Source: Camelus dromedarius
Lineage: Eukaryota
Assembly (NCBI RefSeq): GCF_036321535.1
Contig: NC_087436.1
Coordinates: 111,106,001-111,170,000, forward strand
DNA: 64,000 nucleotides
Reading direction: 5' to 3'
Shown in pieces: positions 14,045-28,720 of this stretch (its first letter is position 1; every line of letters begins with the position of its first letter). The position numbers and the translations under genes were made by a program. The notes under the pieces are model-generated. The model saw only the letters and a list, made by a program, of their open reading frames with translations, made no database searches and was not told the DNA's origin.

Positions 14045-15239
14045 AAGAACTTGTTAAACTTTTGAATTACTTGAAAAGTAAAGAGATAGGGCAAAAATAA
14101 GTTATTTCTGTCTTCTTGGGGGCAGTAGACACCACTTCTATGTGGCAACATATTTTCTCATCTAGCCAAACGTTTGTTAGTTGCCTGAACTTTGAAATCA
14201 TTTGAGTTTATAATCCCTGGTCTAAATCTTTAGTTAACTCATTTGCTTTTATGTAGTTGTGACAACTTATGCAAGTAATCTGGAAGGCTCATTAGCTAAT
14301 CAGCAGCTGAGTAACATTTTCTTTGTCTCTCTCTCTCTCTCTTTTTTATCTTATTTATTTGTTTGTTTGGTTTTTGCCAAGTCCTTTGGTCTCACACATA
14401 GGTTTATTCTCAATATAAATTAACAAAAACTGAGTAGATGAATAAAGTAGCATTGTCTTTTCTGCTTTAAACTTAGCTCTAAACTCAATTCTAAAGTAAT
14501 AGCCCTAATCACATGTTATGAGTCTTACCATGTTTTTGTTCTTTTTTGATAAATTTAATTATTTTGAATTTATAAGGTGATATTAGTCAATAAATTGCAG
14601 AGCAATTAACCAAAATACCTAAAAGTAAATCCAGTATCTCCTTTTCAAACATAATACAAAGCAAGATTAGGTTTGAAAAAAGGTTGAATGGAGAGGAATG
14701 TTCACAGAAGTTTTCAGAGATTCCCGGAAGTAATAATCAAGAAATGGTATAAATTGGGAATCCTTACAGATAACATGAAAATTTCTTGTTTTGATGTAAA
14801 CTACTTTAGTTAGGTTACATTTTCTCATACTGTTTATTCTGGGCCAAAATATATCACATGGACTTACAAATTATGTACTTATTTTCCTAGTTAATAATTT
14901 TATATTAACCTAGTTAATATTTTTACTTGGCATTTTATGATTTAAATAAAATACAAGTTCTCAGTCTATATCTTTTCGTTTCTCTTGTTATTTTCACTAT
15001 AACCTAAGATAACAGTGTATTAATGTTAGCTGTTAAAATGCCAAGTACAGGAGTTCAGTATTTTATCTACAAGCTCATATAACCTTAAAATACTCTTGTG
15101 AGCAAGCCTTGTTATGATTTTCAAGGTTCTATTATCATTTCTATTTTTATGAACAGAGAAACTAAGGCCTGGAAGGAATGTATAACTAGCCTAAGTTCAT
15201 AAAGATGGTTAAGATTCCAATCTATAACTAAGTCTTTCT

Positions 15240-15586
15240 TTTTTTATTAAAATGTTGATGTACAGTATTACTTTAGTTTCAGGTTTTCTACAGAGTGATT
15301 TAACATTTGCATACATAATGAAATGATAACCACAGTAAGTCTAGAACTGTCTGTTTCCATAAAAGTTATTACATTATTATTGACCATATTCCTTATGCTG
15401 TGTATTCTCACTTATATGTGGAATCTAAGAAACAAAACAAAGTAAACTAATTTAAAACAGACTCAGTGTTAGAACAAACAGGTGGTTGCCAGAGAAGCGG
15501 GGGCATTGAGGGGATGAAACAGGTGAAGGTGGGGATTAAGACGTACAAACCTCCAGTTATACAACAAGCTGCGGAGATGTAATATA
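15240..15586 (-). mobile_element. 5'-inverted (twin-primed) LINE-1 3' fragment
   Basis: Poly-T plus L1 3' terminus on - strand (15240-15406), joined to the adjacent upstream L1 segment on + strand (15407-15586). 17-bp TSD at 15223-15239 and 15808-15824. Confidence 0.8.
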
Positions 15587-15807
15587 CAGTTGGCCCTTGA
15601 ACGGCATGGGAGGTAGGGGTACTGACCCTCTGCACAGTCAAAAATGTGAGTCAAACTTTACAGTGGACCTGCTGTATTTGAGGTTCTGCATCTGTGGATT
15701 CAACCAGTCATGGATTGTGTAGTACTGTAGTACATATTTATTGGGGGAAAAAATCCACATTAAGTGTACCCCCGCGGTTCAAACCCATGTTGTTCAAGCA
15801 TCAACTG
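15587..15807. mobile_element. MER8-like MITE, second copy
   Basis: TA|cagttggcccttgaac ... gttcaagcatcaactg|TA; similar throughout to the 9155-9370 copy. Confidence 0.88.
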
Positions 15808-17520
15808 TATAGCCAAGTCTTTCTAATTCCCCCCCAAAAATAGTGCCTCTCTTCCCTACTGGAGTCTAAATGAAGAATAAATGTGAAGCCTAAAATGTTA
15901 TTTTTTTTATAGGCCCTTCTCAAATGTTTTTTTCAGAATTCAAAATTTTTTGTTTTGAAAGAGGTAATATAAGGAGGTGTTTATTATGTAATATCTCTAA
16001 CAGGTCCAAAACAGCACCCTGTGATCAAATATGTTGATATTTCTGCAGGACCATAAACAGATTCATGTTGGCTTAGGTCACATTTTGCTACCAAATGTGG
16101 TGGTCATGGTATGGAGGGAGTTTGTTGCCTTTCCTTACCTCTAAATAGTATCTTTTCTAACCTCCTAGCATTTTGGAATCATGTTTCTATAAAAATAGTT
16201 GTTTTTCCGCCTAGTGAAGTACTTGCCTTCAGATCTCTTAGACAAGTGCTGTAGCTCATACTGAACCCCAAAACTAAGGAGACTTATCCCTTCAATCTCA
16301 GACAGCCCTGGATCAGGGCAGCCTATTCACATAACACTGATCTGCCTGGGTAAGAGTTGAGGCTTTTAAGGAGCAAAGAACTAGTATCTCTAGAAGTAGG
16401 CCCACTTGTAAGAGGAAGTAGTATGGAACCAGACCAAGTATGCTTAGTCATCCTTCCCAGTTTACCAGTCCTTCTACCTCTGAAGGAGCAGAGGAAATAA
16501 AGGATTAGAGTGAGGCCAGAAGTGTGTGTGTGAAAAAGCCACCACCACCACCCCCACAATACCAAAACTCTATCACTATGATACTGTGTTTGTAAGTGGT
16601 CTGTTCTTATTCCATACCTCTTAACTATAAAATCATTGAGTTGTTTTTACCTCTTGTACAAGTTTCAGGCAGAATTGTGTGTCACTGCTGACCTTTATTT
16701 TGGATATAGCTGACAAACGTGTTTTGGGATAGGGGACTGATTAAGACTCTCAGTAATGGTACTGCTGTATTCTATAAGGAGAAACCTAGTGAATGTATGC
16801 TGAAATATTTAGGAGTGAAATGTCATAATTCTGCAACTTACTTTCAGTAGTTCTTCAAACTAAAGAAAGTAAAAAGAAGGTGAATGTAGCAGAATACTAA
16901 CAATTCTTGAATCTTGGTAGAGACTGTCTGTCATTGTAGTGGTCTTTATTTTTTCTTTGTGATTGAAATTTCTTGATATGAAAAGTTGAGAAACAGAGAG
17001 AAATCCTTGATGATATTCAGGCTGTACATGAAATGTACTGCATTTGACAGAATTGAAAAATTAATGATACAAATAGTTAAAGAGTTTATATGTTTTCTTT
17101 AATAGTTAATGTGTGTACCAACTCTGTTAGGTTTAAAATTGCTTGGTTACTTATATATTCAATTTATTTTCACATACTAATAATTTAATCTCTGGTAGAA
17201 TACATTTGAATTGAAACTCTGAAAATAATTTGTTTTTATGTGTAATTCTTTATCTGTATTTCAGTTTCAGACAAAAATGGTTATTTTCAAGAAGTGATTA
17301 TATACGCTAAGTTTTGGGTTGACATATTATCATAAAACTAATTAAATCTACAAGGTTTCTACTGCTAAGTCCTATAAACCAGTTTATGAATTGATTCTAA
17401 GAGAAATTATGAACTGACTCTAAGAGACTTCTGAAATCATTAATTTATAATAAAAATAAGAAAAACATTGGTATTTTGTGTTCTGTTTTTTAATTCTTAT
17501 TATATTTATTTCTTCCCTAG

Positions 17521-17772
17521 ATCTTCCTCAGAACTGTGATCCTAACATTCCCCTAGTTGCTCAGGAATTAATGAAAAAGATGATACGTCAGTTTGCAATT
17601 GAGTATATTTCAAAAAGTGGTAAAATTCAAGAGAATAGAAATGGTTCAATTGGACCAAGTCTAATATGTAAAAGTATCCAAATGAATCAAGCAGAAAACT
17701 CGCTTCAGGAAGAACAGGAAGGCCCCTTAGACCTCACTGTGAATCGAATCCAAGAACAAAATACTCAGCAAG
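17521..17772 (+). CDS. LCORL: LCORL internal coding exon (252 nt, phase 1/1) with CtBP-binding PLDLT motif
   Basis: Acceptor tttcttccctag|, donor AG|gtaaga. Encodes [42 protein letters not shown], characteristic of LCOR/LCORL. Confidence 0.96.
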
Positions 17773-18829
17773 GTAAGAATTTTGTGTGTATGTGAGATAT
17801 AGTTTTATGTTTGAATATTCTTAAATGTACATATAAACTTATATTCACAGAACAGTTTATTTTGGAAGTAATATTACTTGTAATTAGCCTCTGTAATATG
17901 AACTAGAGAGATGTGTGTAAATTAGACCTTTTGTATTGCAATTGACTTTGTTTGTAAAGAGAAAATGAGAGTTGCTCTCAGTCTCTTTTCACAATAAACT
18001 GTATAGTGAGAGAATCCTCACAAGCACCCTAAAAGCAAGGTATACAAATAAATGGATGTGTACAATGTAGAAGTATTCTTATAATGTACAGCTGAGAACA
18101 TTGATGAAGCACTTGCTGTGCAGTTTTTTGCCCTTAGGTGAAAAATAAGAAGAAATAGATGATTTATCTTTAATTGTTTATGATGTAACTAAGGAGAGAG
18201 AAAAGTTAATACATGTGATAAATTTATTATAATCATGATACATTTTTCATAAGAAACCTGATGATGAAGCTATGTTGGTGTTACCTAATGGTTAATTGAA
18301 GGAAGAGCTATGATTCTCCGAGGAAAAGGAAGGAAAAGCCTTTTGGTGCTTGTGGAGGATGCCAAACAAGTGTTTGCTTGGAGAAAAGTGAACAAGTAGC
18401 TCTTGTTAACCCAAGTTAGGGATAGTGTTGAAAGTCCTTGATGCCAGAAAAATATCAGCGTTAAGTTTGATTGCAGAAGGTGTGGTGTTTGAAGCTCTAA
18501 AGAAGAATACACTAGTCAGTATTTAAAGAAGGTGATCTTTTCAGTGTGTGAGACAGATCAAAACTGAGAGGAGCTAAAATACGGAAGTAATTTTCTCTTT
18601 TTGCTTCCCTAACTTTCAGTTGAATGAGTTTATTTATGTGGAAGGATATGAGAAATATTGAGATAATTAGATGTGTTATAAGACATATTAAAGATGATTA
18701 TAATAAAAGCTTAAGGACATGATGTATCAGTACATTGAATTTTGGAAGTTAGAAAGCATAGGATTTTCAGAATTTTTGTTTGTCTTACTTTTCCATGTTT
18801 TACACTCTCTTATAGCTCTTCTTTTTTGT

Positions 18830-19050
18830 GGGAGGCAGTTCAGTGTTCTAAAGAGGACTAAAACATAGGCCTTGGTATCTGTGACAGACTTGGGGTTGAA
18901 ATCTCAGCTCTGCTACTTAAGTTACATGAACAATTAACTTTACCTATCTGAGCTTTAATTTCCTCACTTGTTATTTTGCAATAATAATTATACACTCATT
19001 GGAGCAATGTGAAAGTTAAATGTGAAATAACCAACTCATAAAAGATACCC
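18830..19050. mobile_element. MIR SINE fragment
   Basis: gacagacttggggttgaaatctcagctctgctactta..taacttttacctatctgagcttt-like MIR core. Confidence 0.65.
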
Positions 19051-20419
19051 AAACATTAGTCTCTCTATTCTCTCTACCTCATGTTTCTTACCACCAGCGA
19101 AGAGAAGCATTGGAAACAACATGGTAGTTATCTGTAAATATTTGTATGGCTGTTACACTAAAGTAGGACTGAACTTTCTCTGAATGGCTCAATGAGTAGA
19201 ATTAGGATCACTAGCTATAAGTTAGGTGAAAACAGATTTCAGGTCCATGTAAGAAAGACTATCTCTAAGGCTCAGACTTTTTTTTAAAGGGGAAGGGGGA
19301 AAATGATTTCCTGGTTGCCTAATCATTAGACATTCAAAACTGTCAGATGAATAGTTGGAATAGATGATATTTTAAAAGTAAATTTCCAGTCCTTACATTC
19401 AGTGATTCTATGAACTTGAGTGATAAGGCAGACCCAAGTAAATATAGAAAATAAGCAATGTAATTACTATTTTAATTATTGTGATATTCTAGGCATAAAT
19501 GCGTATGTGAACATTTGGAGGTTGAAAAGAGTAATGGTGGTGGATATAAATCTATGCTTTAAGTAGTCTTCTTGATTATTTTAATTTTGGGAGTGATTTC
19601 TTGTCTCATGAGATTACAGTGTTCTTTCTTCATGACAGGATTCATTTAGCTTAATGTGGCTTCTGATGTAGAGAGCAAAGGAGAGAATGGTAATAGATAA
19701 GACTAAAGAAACAGGTGAGGATAAGATTATGAGAAAGCCATATAGGAAATACTAAGGATTTTGACTTTTCTTAGTGCCATAGAAAGCTGCTAGATTGCTT
19801 TAAGCAAAGAGTCATAAAATCACATTTTCTTTTATAAAACTGTTCTGCTGTGGTATATAGATTGGTAAGCTCAAACTTTGCCTACTTGCGTACCAAATTT
19901 TTTTTTAATGGAGTACATAACCTTTGATGCATTTGTTTGTGTACACATGCATGTGTATACATATATACACTAATACTTTATATGTATTAATCCTTTCACA
20001 AATTAAAAATTTTAAGGTTGACATAAAGACATTATAAGCAATTGTTAAATGTCTTGCTAATCATGATGACCTTATCTTATTTACACATATAGACTTTGGA
20101 GAGTTTCATTAGTCATAGTAGAAGGTATAAATCCATATTTCAAATGGTTTCTTTCAGAAATAAAAAAGCTTTTGGACTGACTTCACTGTTCATACCTTTT
20201 AGTATAATTAATAAAGTGCTCATACTAGTAGTAGCAAGATTAGTTCTGTTTTTGTAATTTGCTAGTGCTTATATTTTTCGTATTATTCTCACTCTGTAAT
20301 TTCATAACTGTACTCCTTTATTTGTTCATTAGTGAGTTATTTTAACAAATTAGATAATATAAACTATAAACTGTAGATAATCTAAACCATAAACCATGTG
20401 GATACTTTATGAATTGTCT

Positions 20420-22150
20420 TACAACTATAAAATTTAATCCCAAATGGTTTTAAGATAACCTTATATAATCTTCAAGCAATAGATAATTCTTATCTCTTAC
20501 AGACTGTTTTAAAGACTAGAGAAGAGAAAAAATACTGATGTAATCGTGATACCAAAACAAGGCACAGATGGCAAAGGAAAGAAAAGTTGCAAACTAGTCT
20601 TATTTACAAACCTAGGTGCAAAAATTCTGACTAAATATTAGCAAATTAAATATAGGGAAATATAAAAACATTATAAATAATGACTAGGGAGGCACAGATG
20701 AGTCTGCATTTGAAAAACCTTTATGATTTAACACATTACAAAAAAAAGAAAAAGAAAAACCATATCATCCTAATAGATACAGAAAAAATTTATAGAAGCT
20801 GACACATTTATGATTTTAAAAAGGCTTTTCACAACCAAAAATAGATGAGCACTTCTGTTATGAGGGACATCATAACCAAATGATTCAGAGTAATAGATGT
20901 GACAAAAATGCATACTATCACCAATTTTCAGCATTTTATGAGAGGCCTTGACTCGTATAATATGAGAAAATAGAAGTATTAAAATAAGCAATAGGTTAAA
21001 GGGAAAGAATGAGCAAAACTGTGGTTGCTTACAAACAGTATAATTGTGTATATAGAAAATATGAAAGAAAATCTACATAAAGTTTTATAACTGATGAAAG
21101 TGTTCCAAAAAGGTACTACTCATAATTATATATTACAACATGTCAGCTGTTATCCAGTTAGAAAATCCAGTTTATAAATAATTTCTTCTGCAATAGCAAA
21201 AAAAAAAAAAAAAGCAGGAAAAACTTTAAAACGCCTAAGACTGAAACTAATAAACTGTTTTAGACCTTGTGGAGAGCACTACAAAACTTTATTGAAGGAT
21301 ATAAAAGAATACTCCCAAAATGAGTGATTATATTTTAAATGAATGGGAAACCTTTAAGAGATAGCAGTTCATCTTTAATGTACTTTTAAAATTCAGTGCC
21401 ACTCCAGTCAAAATTCTGGTAGGGTTTATTATGAAAAATGACTTGCCAGTCCTAAAATTTATGAGCAATACTTAAAGAGCCAAGAATTACCAAGTCAAGG
21501 TGGTGAAGGACTTCTCTAAAACATATCAGGACTTAGTGTAATAATTCAAACAAGGTACTATGGGCCATATACAAATCACTAGGACAGATTAGCAAGCCCA
21601 GAAACTCTCCAAACATTAGTGGAATCTTGGTAAAGGACAGAGAGATGTCATTGTAAATCACTGAGACAATGGCCAACTCAGTAAATAGTTTCAGGGCAAT
21701 TGGTTACCCACATGGAGCAAAAAAATAAAAATAAAAAAGATGAATCCCTACCTCACACCACTCACAAAAATAATTTCAGTCTGGTTAAAGTGCTAAATGT
21801 TAAAAGCAAAACAAATGTTAGAAAAGATAAGGGATTATGTCTTGAGAAATTCTTCCTTAGTTTAAGTTAAAATGCAAGAATAACAACCCATATTATAATT
21901 GTGTAAATTTGACTATACTAAAATGTAAAACTTAAGTATTATAAAAGTCACTGTGAGCAGAAAATTGAAGCCTTACATTTGGAGACAATGTTTATGGTTG
22001 ATGTAACTAACAACCATTCAGCTAACCAAACAAAACTATGGCCAATGTGGAAAACACAACTGTGTAGAAAAATAGGCAAAAATAGTTCAGAAGATAATAG
22101 AAAAGGCAAATAAGCAAACAAAAAGATGCTCAAAAGAATATCCAGCCCAG
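20420..22150 (+). mobile_element. Old LINE-1 ORF2 remnant
   Basis: gcaaaaattctgactaaatattagcaaat, catatcatcctaatagatacagaaaaaa, ccctacctcacacca are L1 ORF2 motifs. Confidence 0.7.
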
Positions 22151-25100
22151 CTTTCATCCCAGTATATGGTTCTTTTATTCTGTTGTATATAACAGAATAA
22201 AAGAGATGGTAATTCAACCTCTGACTGTAAGTACTTAGAAAAAACTGTGTTTGACAGCTCTGACAATTAAGCTCATATCTCGGAAACATCCACCCTTCAT
22301 TTTATATTTTTTCCATCTCCAACAATATTTTACCTAATAGTACTGTCAATATTTGTAGAAATTATATCTCCAAGTCTTCTCTTTTCCATGCTAACCTTTA
22401 GGGTTTGTGGGTTTCTTTTCCGTCTCAACACTATGAGAAAATTTATTCCTTTTACTTATTAGTGCTGTAAATATTCGTTGAATCTGTTTTGTCTCTTTAA
22501 ACCTCTACTTTCCATGCAAACTGTTACAGCTTCTCTAATTGTTCTTCATAAATCAATTTTCATACTCTGCAATTTCCTTATCCTCTCTTCCACAAACTCT
22601 AGACTGACTTAAAATATTGTTACCCTGAAGGAAACATTCCTATTTGCCTTTCCATTGTACTTTCTAGCCAAGTGCTTCAAATATTAGAGATATTTCTTTG
22701 TGCATTTTCATTATGCAGATTTGTATAAATACTCTGAGCCTCAAAAACTGGGAGAAAGTAAGTCATGCATTTTTTTGTCCTGGAACACTAACTTAAAAGA
22801 CATGCAGACATAACATTAACATGTCAAAAATAATTTGTTTTTTGGTTTTAACCGGGGCACAAAAGTAAAACTTACCCTGAGTTACAAAGTACAGGAAGAA
22901 ATTTACAACTTATGAACCTTTATCATTATTGTGACCACTATGAAGAATTTACCAGTTCTATAAAGAACAAGATCAAATGTGGGCAGAGATGAAACAACAG
23001 CACTTCATCGGCCTTGTTGGTGTAGTTTTCTACCATGAAGTCCAGTGATTATTGTGGTAGAACTTTGATTTTAGTAAATTCTCACTTCATTGTAATTGTT
23101 TCCACGTTTATCTCCCCACTATAATCAACATTTGGGAACAGGAACCTATTTATTCTCTTTTGTATCTCCAGTGGGTGTATGATGTATGACACTTTGGGTT
23201 TACTGAATTAAAAACTTTTTACTATTTTCAAATGCTATTAAGAACTAAAATGAAGATTGAGACTTGATAATTTACGATTTTAGCAGTGAAATTTCTTATT
23301 TTAAACATACTAGAGGAAAATATTATGTAATGTCTTTATACTTAAACAATGTATGGAACATTGTGTCATGATGAACATTAATTATTGAAGTGCCCTGTAA
23401 CCTTTTGACATTTTTAGAATTATTTTCCCTTGGCAACAAATAAAGTTAAATTTTTTTAAGAAATTATTTCACATTGCTATCAGTAGGCTGAACTTTGGAA
23501 ACCATATCTCCTAGTTTGAATAAGATTTTTTAAGAGACAAATTATATATGAGACTAATATGAACTAGGCTTCAAGTGAACATTTGGGAGATTATATTGAA
23601 TAAAAGATACAAATTTAAGTGATTTGTCCAGTTGTCATTAAGTATCCTTTATTGTTGTTGCTGCCACCACCCCTAATCTGGTTTCTTGGCTGAGATTAAG
23701 GTAGGTGAGGTTGTCAGCTGAGATGTTAAACTGTAATTTAGAGAGTCATGTATCATTTTATGATACTACATTTTATAAACTACGCTATTTATAAATGAAG
23801 TTTGTTGTTACTTTGTTAGGAAAATACTGAACAATTTTTTTAAAGAAAGAGAAGATATTTCTGTATCTCATAATGAAAGCAATAAAGTTACCCATCTTGT
23901 TTTTCTGTGCTTAACTTTTGTTTTCCAAAGCTAAAGACATATGGAAGAAAGTGTTAATGTTCCATGATCGAGAAGATACCATATCTTAGTAAACCTGAGG
24001 AGTAAAACATACCAAGATTATCCATGTCCCTTCCAGGCTAACCTTCTCTGACTCTAAGAGAGAAATAAATGATATTTAAAAATTCCAAATCAGGACATAC
24101 CACTCATCTGCTTAAAACACTTTAATGATTTCTAATTGTCCTTAGGATAAAGTCTAAAATCCTGGACTCACCAAGATCCAGACTCTGCCTACCTATCTGT
24201 TCTCATCTTGCATCTCTCTTTAGTCTTCATATTGGTTTTTTCTGTTTCTTGAATGTCACATACTCTGGCCTCCGAACATTCATACATGCTTTTGCCTCTC
24301 TGCAGAAGCCACTCCCTACCTCTGCCAGTTTTTTCTAAATGAATCTTACTGGGCTTTTCTTTAGGTCTCCTTTTAAACATCAGTTCTCTAAGAAAACCTA
24401 CCCCACACTCTTAAATTGGATGCACACAGACACACATACACACACATTCTTGTTAATTACCACCAAAATTTGTTTTGGTCTCTTACTGTATTTTTCTACA
24501 GCATCCTGTATTCTTTTGTAGCCTCATCACCCTTGTAATTGTTTCCACCATCTTATTTTGTGCTTTCTATTTGTCCCATTTGTTAAGCTTTTTTCCTCCT
24601 TTGTTATTTTCTTTTAGATTGCATTGTTTCTATTTTAATCTTCTTTCTTTGCTAATTTTGAAATTATATACTCTGTTGCTATTCTGTAGTAATTACCCCA
24701 GAAGTTTTTTAATGTTTAGTTAACTCAACAGTTAAAGTAAGGAATATTTTAGCTTGTTTCCCGCCGTGACACTTACAGCCAATTTATCAATGCTTTAATT
24801 CTCTTTTTATAACATCACAATTAAAATATTATAACTATTTTTATATAATCAATTTTTGTTTAGTTTTACATACATGATTACCTTTTTCCTTTGCTTATCA
24901 TTCCTTCCTATATCTCAAAGTGTCTTCTGAAATCAGAAATTCTTTTGATAAAGATTTATTGGTCGTAAACTCTCGGAATAGTTTTTTCAGTTTCTTATTT
25001 CTCTTTAACTACCTTTGTTCTTAAAAGAGATTTTTCCTGGGTCCACGAGTCTGGGCTGACAGTTACTGTTTTCTCGCCGCTGCTGCTGTGATTGTGTCTT

Positions 25101-26699
25101 GGCTTCTGTTGTCGCTGTAACTACCCAACAAATAGTCTTTCCTTTGTAAGTAATCTTCAGACTCTCAACTTTCAGCATCTGTCACTTACTCTCTGTCTCT
25201 GTTTTGTTTATGCTGTTCTGCAGCTTGTCTTGGATATATTTGGGTGTATACTTTTATTTATTCTGCTTGTGAGTCATATCATTTCAAAACATTTCTAAAA
25301 CTGAGGACAAATTTCTTTCGTCAGTTATGATTGTTCAGCCATTATCTTTTCAAATATATTATAATTCTTACTTTATCTCTTATTTGAATTTACTGAGACA
25401 TAATTTGGACCCTCTCATTCTAGTTTTCATATCTCTTATCTTCTCTTTCGTATCTTCCAACTTTTTATCTGTCTGTTATATCCTGATTAGTTTATTTAGA
25501 ACTATCTCCAAATTCACTGTTTCTTTCTTGAGCTATTCAAACCACTGTTTAATATTTGTCTTGAGTTTCTAATTTGTTGTTATTTTTTCATTTCCAGAAG
25601 TTACTCATTACTTTTTTGAAATATGCCTGTCAACGTGCCCCTAATTTTACAAAAGAATGAATAAGCAAGATACCAAGAGTGACTTGAGAGGATTATTTTA
25701 GGTAAGGTGGTCAGGAAAGCCTCCCTGAAGAAGTGAGTTTGAACAGAGAATTGAATGGTGAGAGATCCTTCATGTGAAGATGTGAGGGCAGGGCATTCCA
25801 GGCCAAAGAAATACCAAAAACAAAGACAAAAATATCAGAAATCAAAGAAGGCAGGAGCAGATCAGGTATGTCTGAGGAGCTGTATGAGGATTTTCTCAGT
25901 CACTTAAAAATCAAGAGAAAAGTCAAAGCTTTTTCCATAAAATCAGATTGTAGAGTGTCAAGAAATATGATTGTTACAGTATATTTAAGCTGGAATTTTC
26001 TTTTTTCTATTTTGTAAATAATACCAGAAACAAAAAAGCCATGCATTTTAAATTCAAAAGTTCCATAAATATTACCATGTAAACAAATCGTCACTTGACT
26101 AACCTGATTAGCTGTATGAAGTACAACAAGAAAGAAAAAGAATAAATAAATCATTTTCTTTGTAGCCATTACATTTTTCCTGAACCTTTGTTATAGTTTG
26201 ATATAAAATTGACCATTCTGTTACCACATGGTTTCCAAGAGACAATTCGTTGGGTTTTTGTTTCCTTTTCAATTTCTTCACATGTTTTCCCTCCAAATAA
26301 AATATTCGGTAATATATACCTTAACATAACTTTGAAGTTATCAGTGTGCCAAAATAGGATTCTCATGCTCAGGCTGAATAAAGTAAAGCTAGATAGTATT
26401 CCATATGTAAATCTTCCTCTGAGTTTTCTGTTACATGAACAAAATTTAAATTTTCTTTCCATGACTTGTATGACTTTGCTAAGATCTTGTCTCTATCTAC
26501 CCCGCTGGACTTAATCCTTTTCCTTTCTTCCTGGCTTATTATGTGCAAATCACACTAACCAACACATGCCAGGCTCACTTCACTTCTGAACCTTTGCTCT
26601 TGCTGATCGCTTTGTCTGGATTAGTCTTCAGATTTTCTTGTTCCTACGGCTTGCCCCTCTTCCTCATCTGTATCTCAACTAGAATATCACCTTAACAGT

Positions 26700-28720
26700 A
26701 GGGGAATGATAAAATCAAATGTATAAAAATAACATTAGAAAAATCAAAAGACAAATGGCAATCTATGAAAAAATATTTGTAATTTATATTACAAAATAAA
26801 GGACTAATAATCTAGTGCATAAAGAGTTTCAAAAAATTGAGAACTAAAAGATCCACAAACTGATAGAAAAATGAGCATTGTTTTATTGTCACTTCATAGA
26901 TGAAGAAATTTTAAGAGCCTTTAAACATAGAAAAATAAACTCATAGGAAATACACTCATATATGGTTCACACCTATCAGACTACTGAGAATTCAAGCTTA
27001 GCAATGTAACCTATTTGGTGAGGCTGTGAAGAAACAGGCATTCTCATGTATTGGGGAATACAAACTGGTACAATCCTTATGGAGCGGAATCGACAGTATC
27101 TATTAACATTATATACATTTACCCTTTGACCCAGCAATCTCATTTCAAGGAACTGAGCCTATGATTACAGTCATATAAGTATCGATGATATGTATGCAAG
27201 TTTATTCACTGGGGGCATTATTTATAATAGCAAGGAATTGGAAGTAACGCAAATGGTTAACTAAATTATCGTACATTCACACAGTGAAAGACTGAACATT
27301 TGGGGGAATAAAAAGGGTGAGAAAGATCCCTAAATTTATAGTGACATTTAAAAGCAAGTTACAGAACGGTACATATTACATGTTCTCTTCTATATAAACA
27401 AAGAAGGAAAGATAAAAACTAATAAGCATGGTTACCTGTAAGGGTTATAAGTAAATGAGGTGGAGGGGGCAGGATGGAAGTGCTGTGAATCAACCTTGTT
27501 ATGTAGTTTTATGGAAATATTCAACATAATCCAAAGAATAAACATTTTAAAAAATTAAAGTGATCCCTAAAATTTGAAAAAGAATGTTACAAATGAACCT
27601 GGCCACATCAAGTCAGTAACATACTGATACTGAGAAAAGAATTATGTCAGTGACTTTACCCAGTATTTTGACCATACTTTCTTGGTGGAATATAATCTAA
27701 GGACAAGGGATACTTCAGAGAAATCCTAAACTTTCTTTTAATAATATTAATAATAATATTGTCATTGTTCATTATTTTGGATTTATAGAATAAATCAAAT
27801 ATGTAACCATGTTAACGTTGTTTTAGGAAACTAAGATTTTCAGGGTAAAAGAAGAAACAAGTGCAAAGTCAAGTAATAACTCTGTAATACTACATGTAAA
27901 TTGGAAGTGTCACTGCAAACTCACATTTTTTTTTCTTTTCAAAAATACACATTTCCTAGTCTGACCCCTGAAATATTCTAAAAGCATGACAGACAGCTCA
28001 GTAGCATTGAACTTAGGCCTGGATTGTTGTCTCTATATATTATTTTCCTTTAAAAGAAAGCAGGCCTCCTTGGAATCCAAGTCTGGATCAGAAAATGTGC
28101 AGAATGAGCCTGGAACTTCTTTTATCAGCAAGCAGGGAAGCGCCAAAGACTAATTTGTCAACCAAATATAGGAGCCAGTGTTAAGGATTCCTGTTGGCCA
28201 AAAAGGAGAACATTTAAGCATCGAAAGGAAGAACAATTACAACTGAAACATATTGAATGTTTTAAAATCCATTAGTGTATGATACTTCAGCAGCACATAT
28301 GAAAAATTAGAATACAGAGAAGACTAGCATGGCCCCTGTGCAAGAATGATATGCAAATTCATGAAGCATTCCATAGTTTAAAAAAAAAAAAGCCGTTAAA
28401 GTTACTAGTCCACTCTGAAGGAACATACTATTTCCTTACTTTGAAAATGAGCAACTAGAGGAAGGACTTAAGTATTTATTTTGCTTTTCTTTTACAAATT
28501 GTATTTCAAGACAATCAGACTTCATTTAAGGAAGATTCTTGAAGAAGAGTTTCATCTAATAAATATGGAAGACATGATAGACTTAAAATTACTATTTCAT
28601 ACCTCCTAGTAAGATAATTGAATCAAACACCATCATCAGAAGATAAAGCTATAGAGGAATGGTTATTCTATATTTTGTATGTTTGAAATTTGTCTTAGTA
28701 AAAATGTCTTTTTTAAAAAA
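26700..28720 (+). mobile_element. Old LINE-1 3' region (L1MC/MD-like)
   Basis: acccttttgacccagcaatctca-like, caaactggtacaatccttatggag; same old 3'UTR type as ~4600-5880. Confidence 0.6.
28285..28391 (+). pseudogene. U6 snRNA retropseudogene with poly(A) tail
   Basis: cttcagcagcacatat..atacagagaagactagcatggcccctgtgcaagaatgatatgcaaattcatgaagcattccatagttt aligns to nearly all of U6 (ACAGAGA box retained), followed by A12; the alignable CpGs have decayed. Confidence 0.93.
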
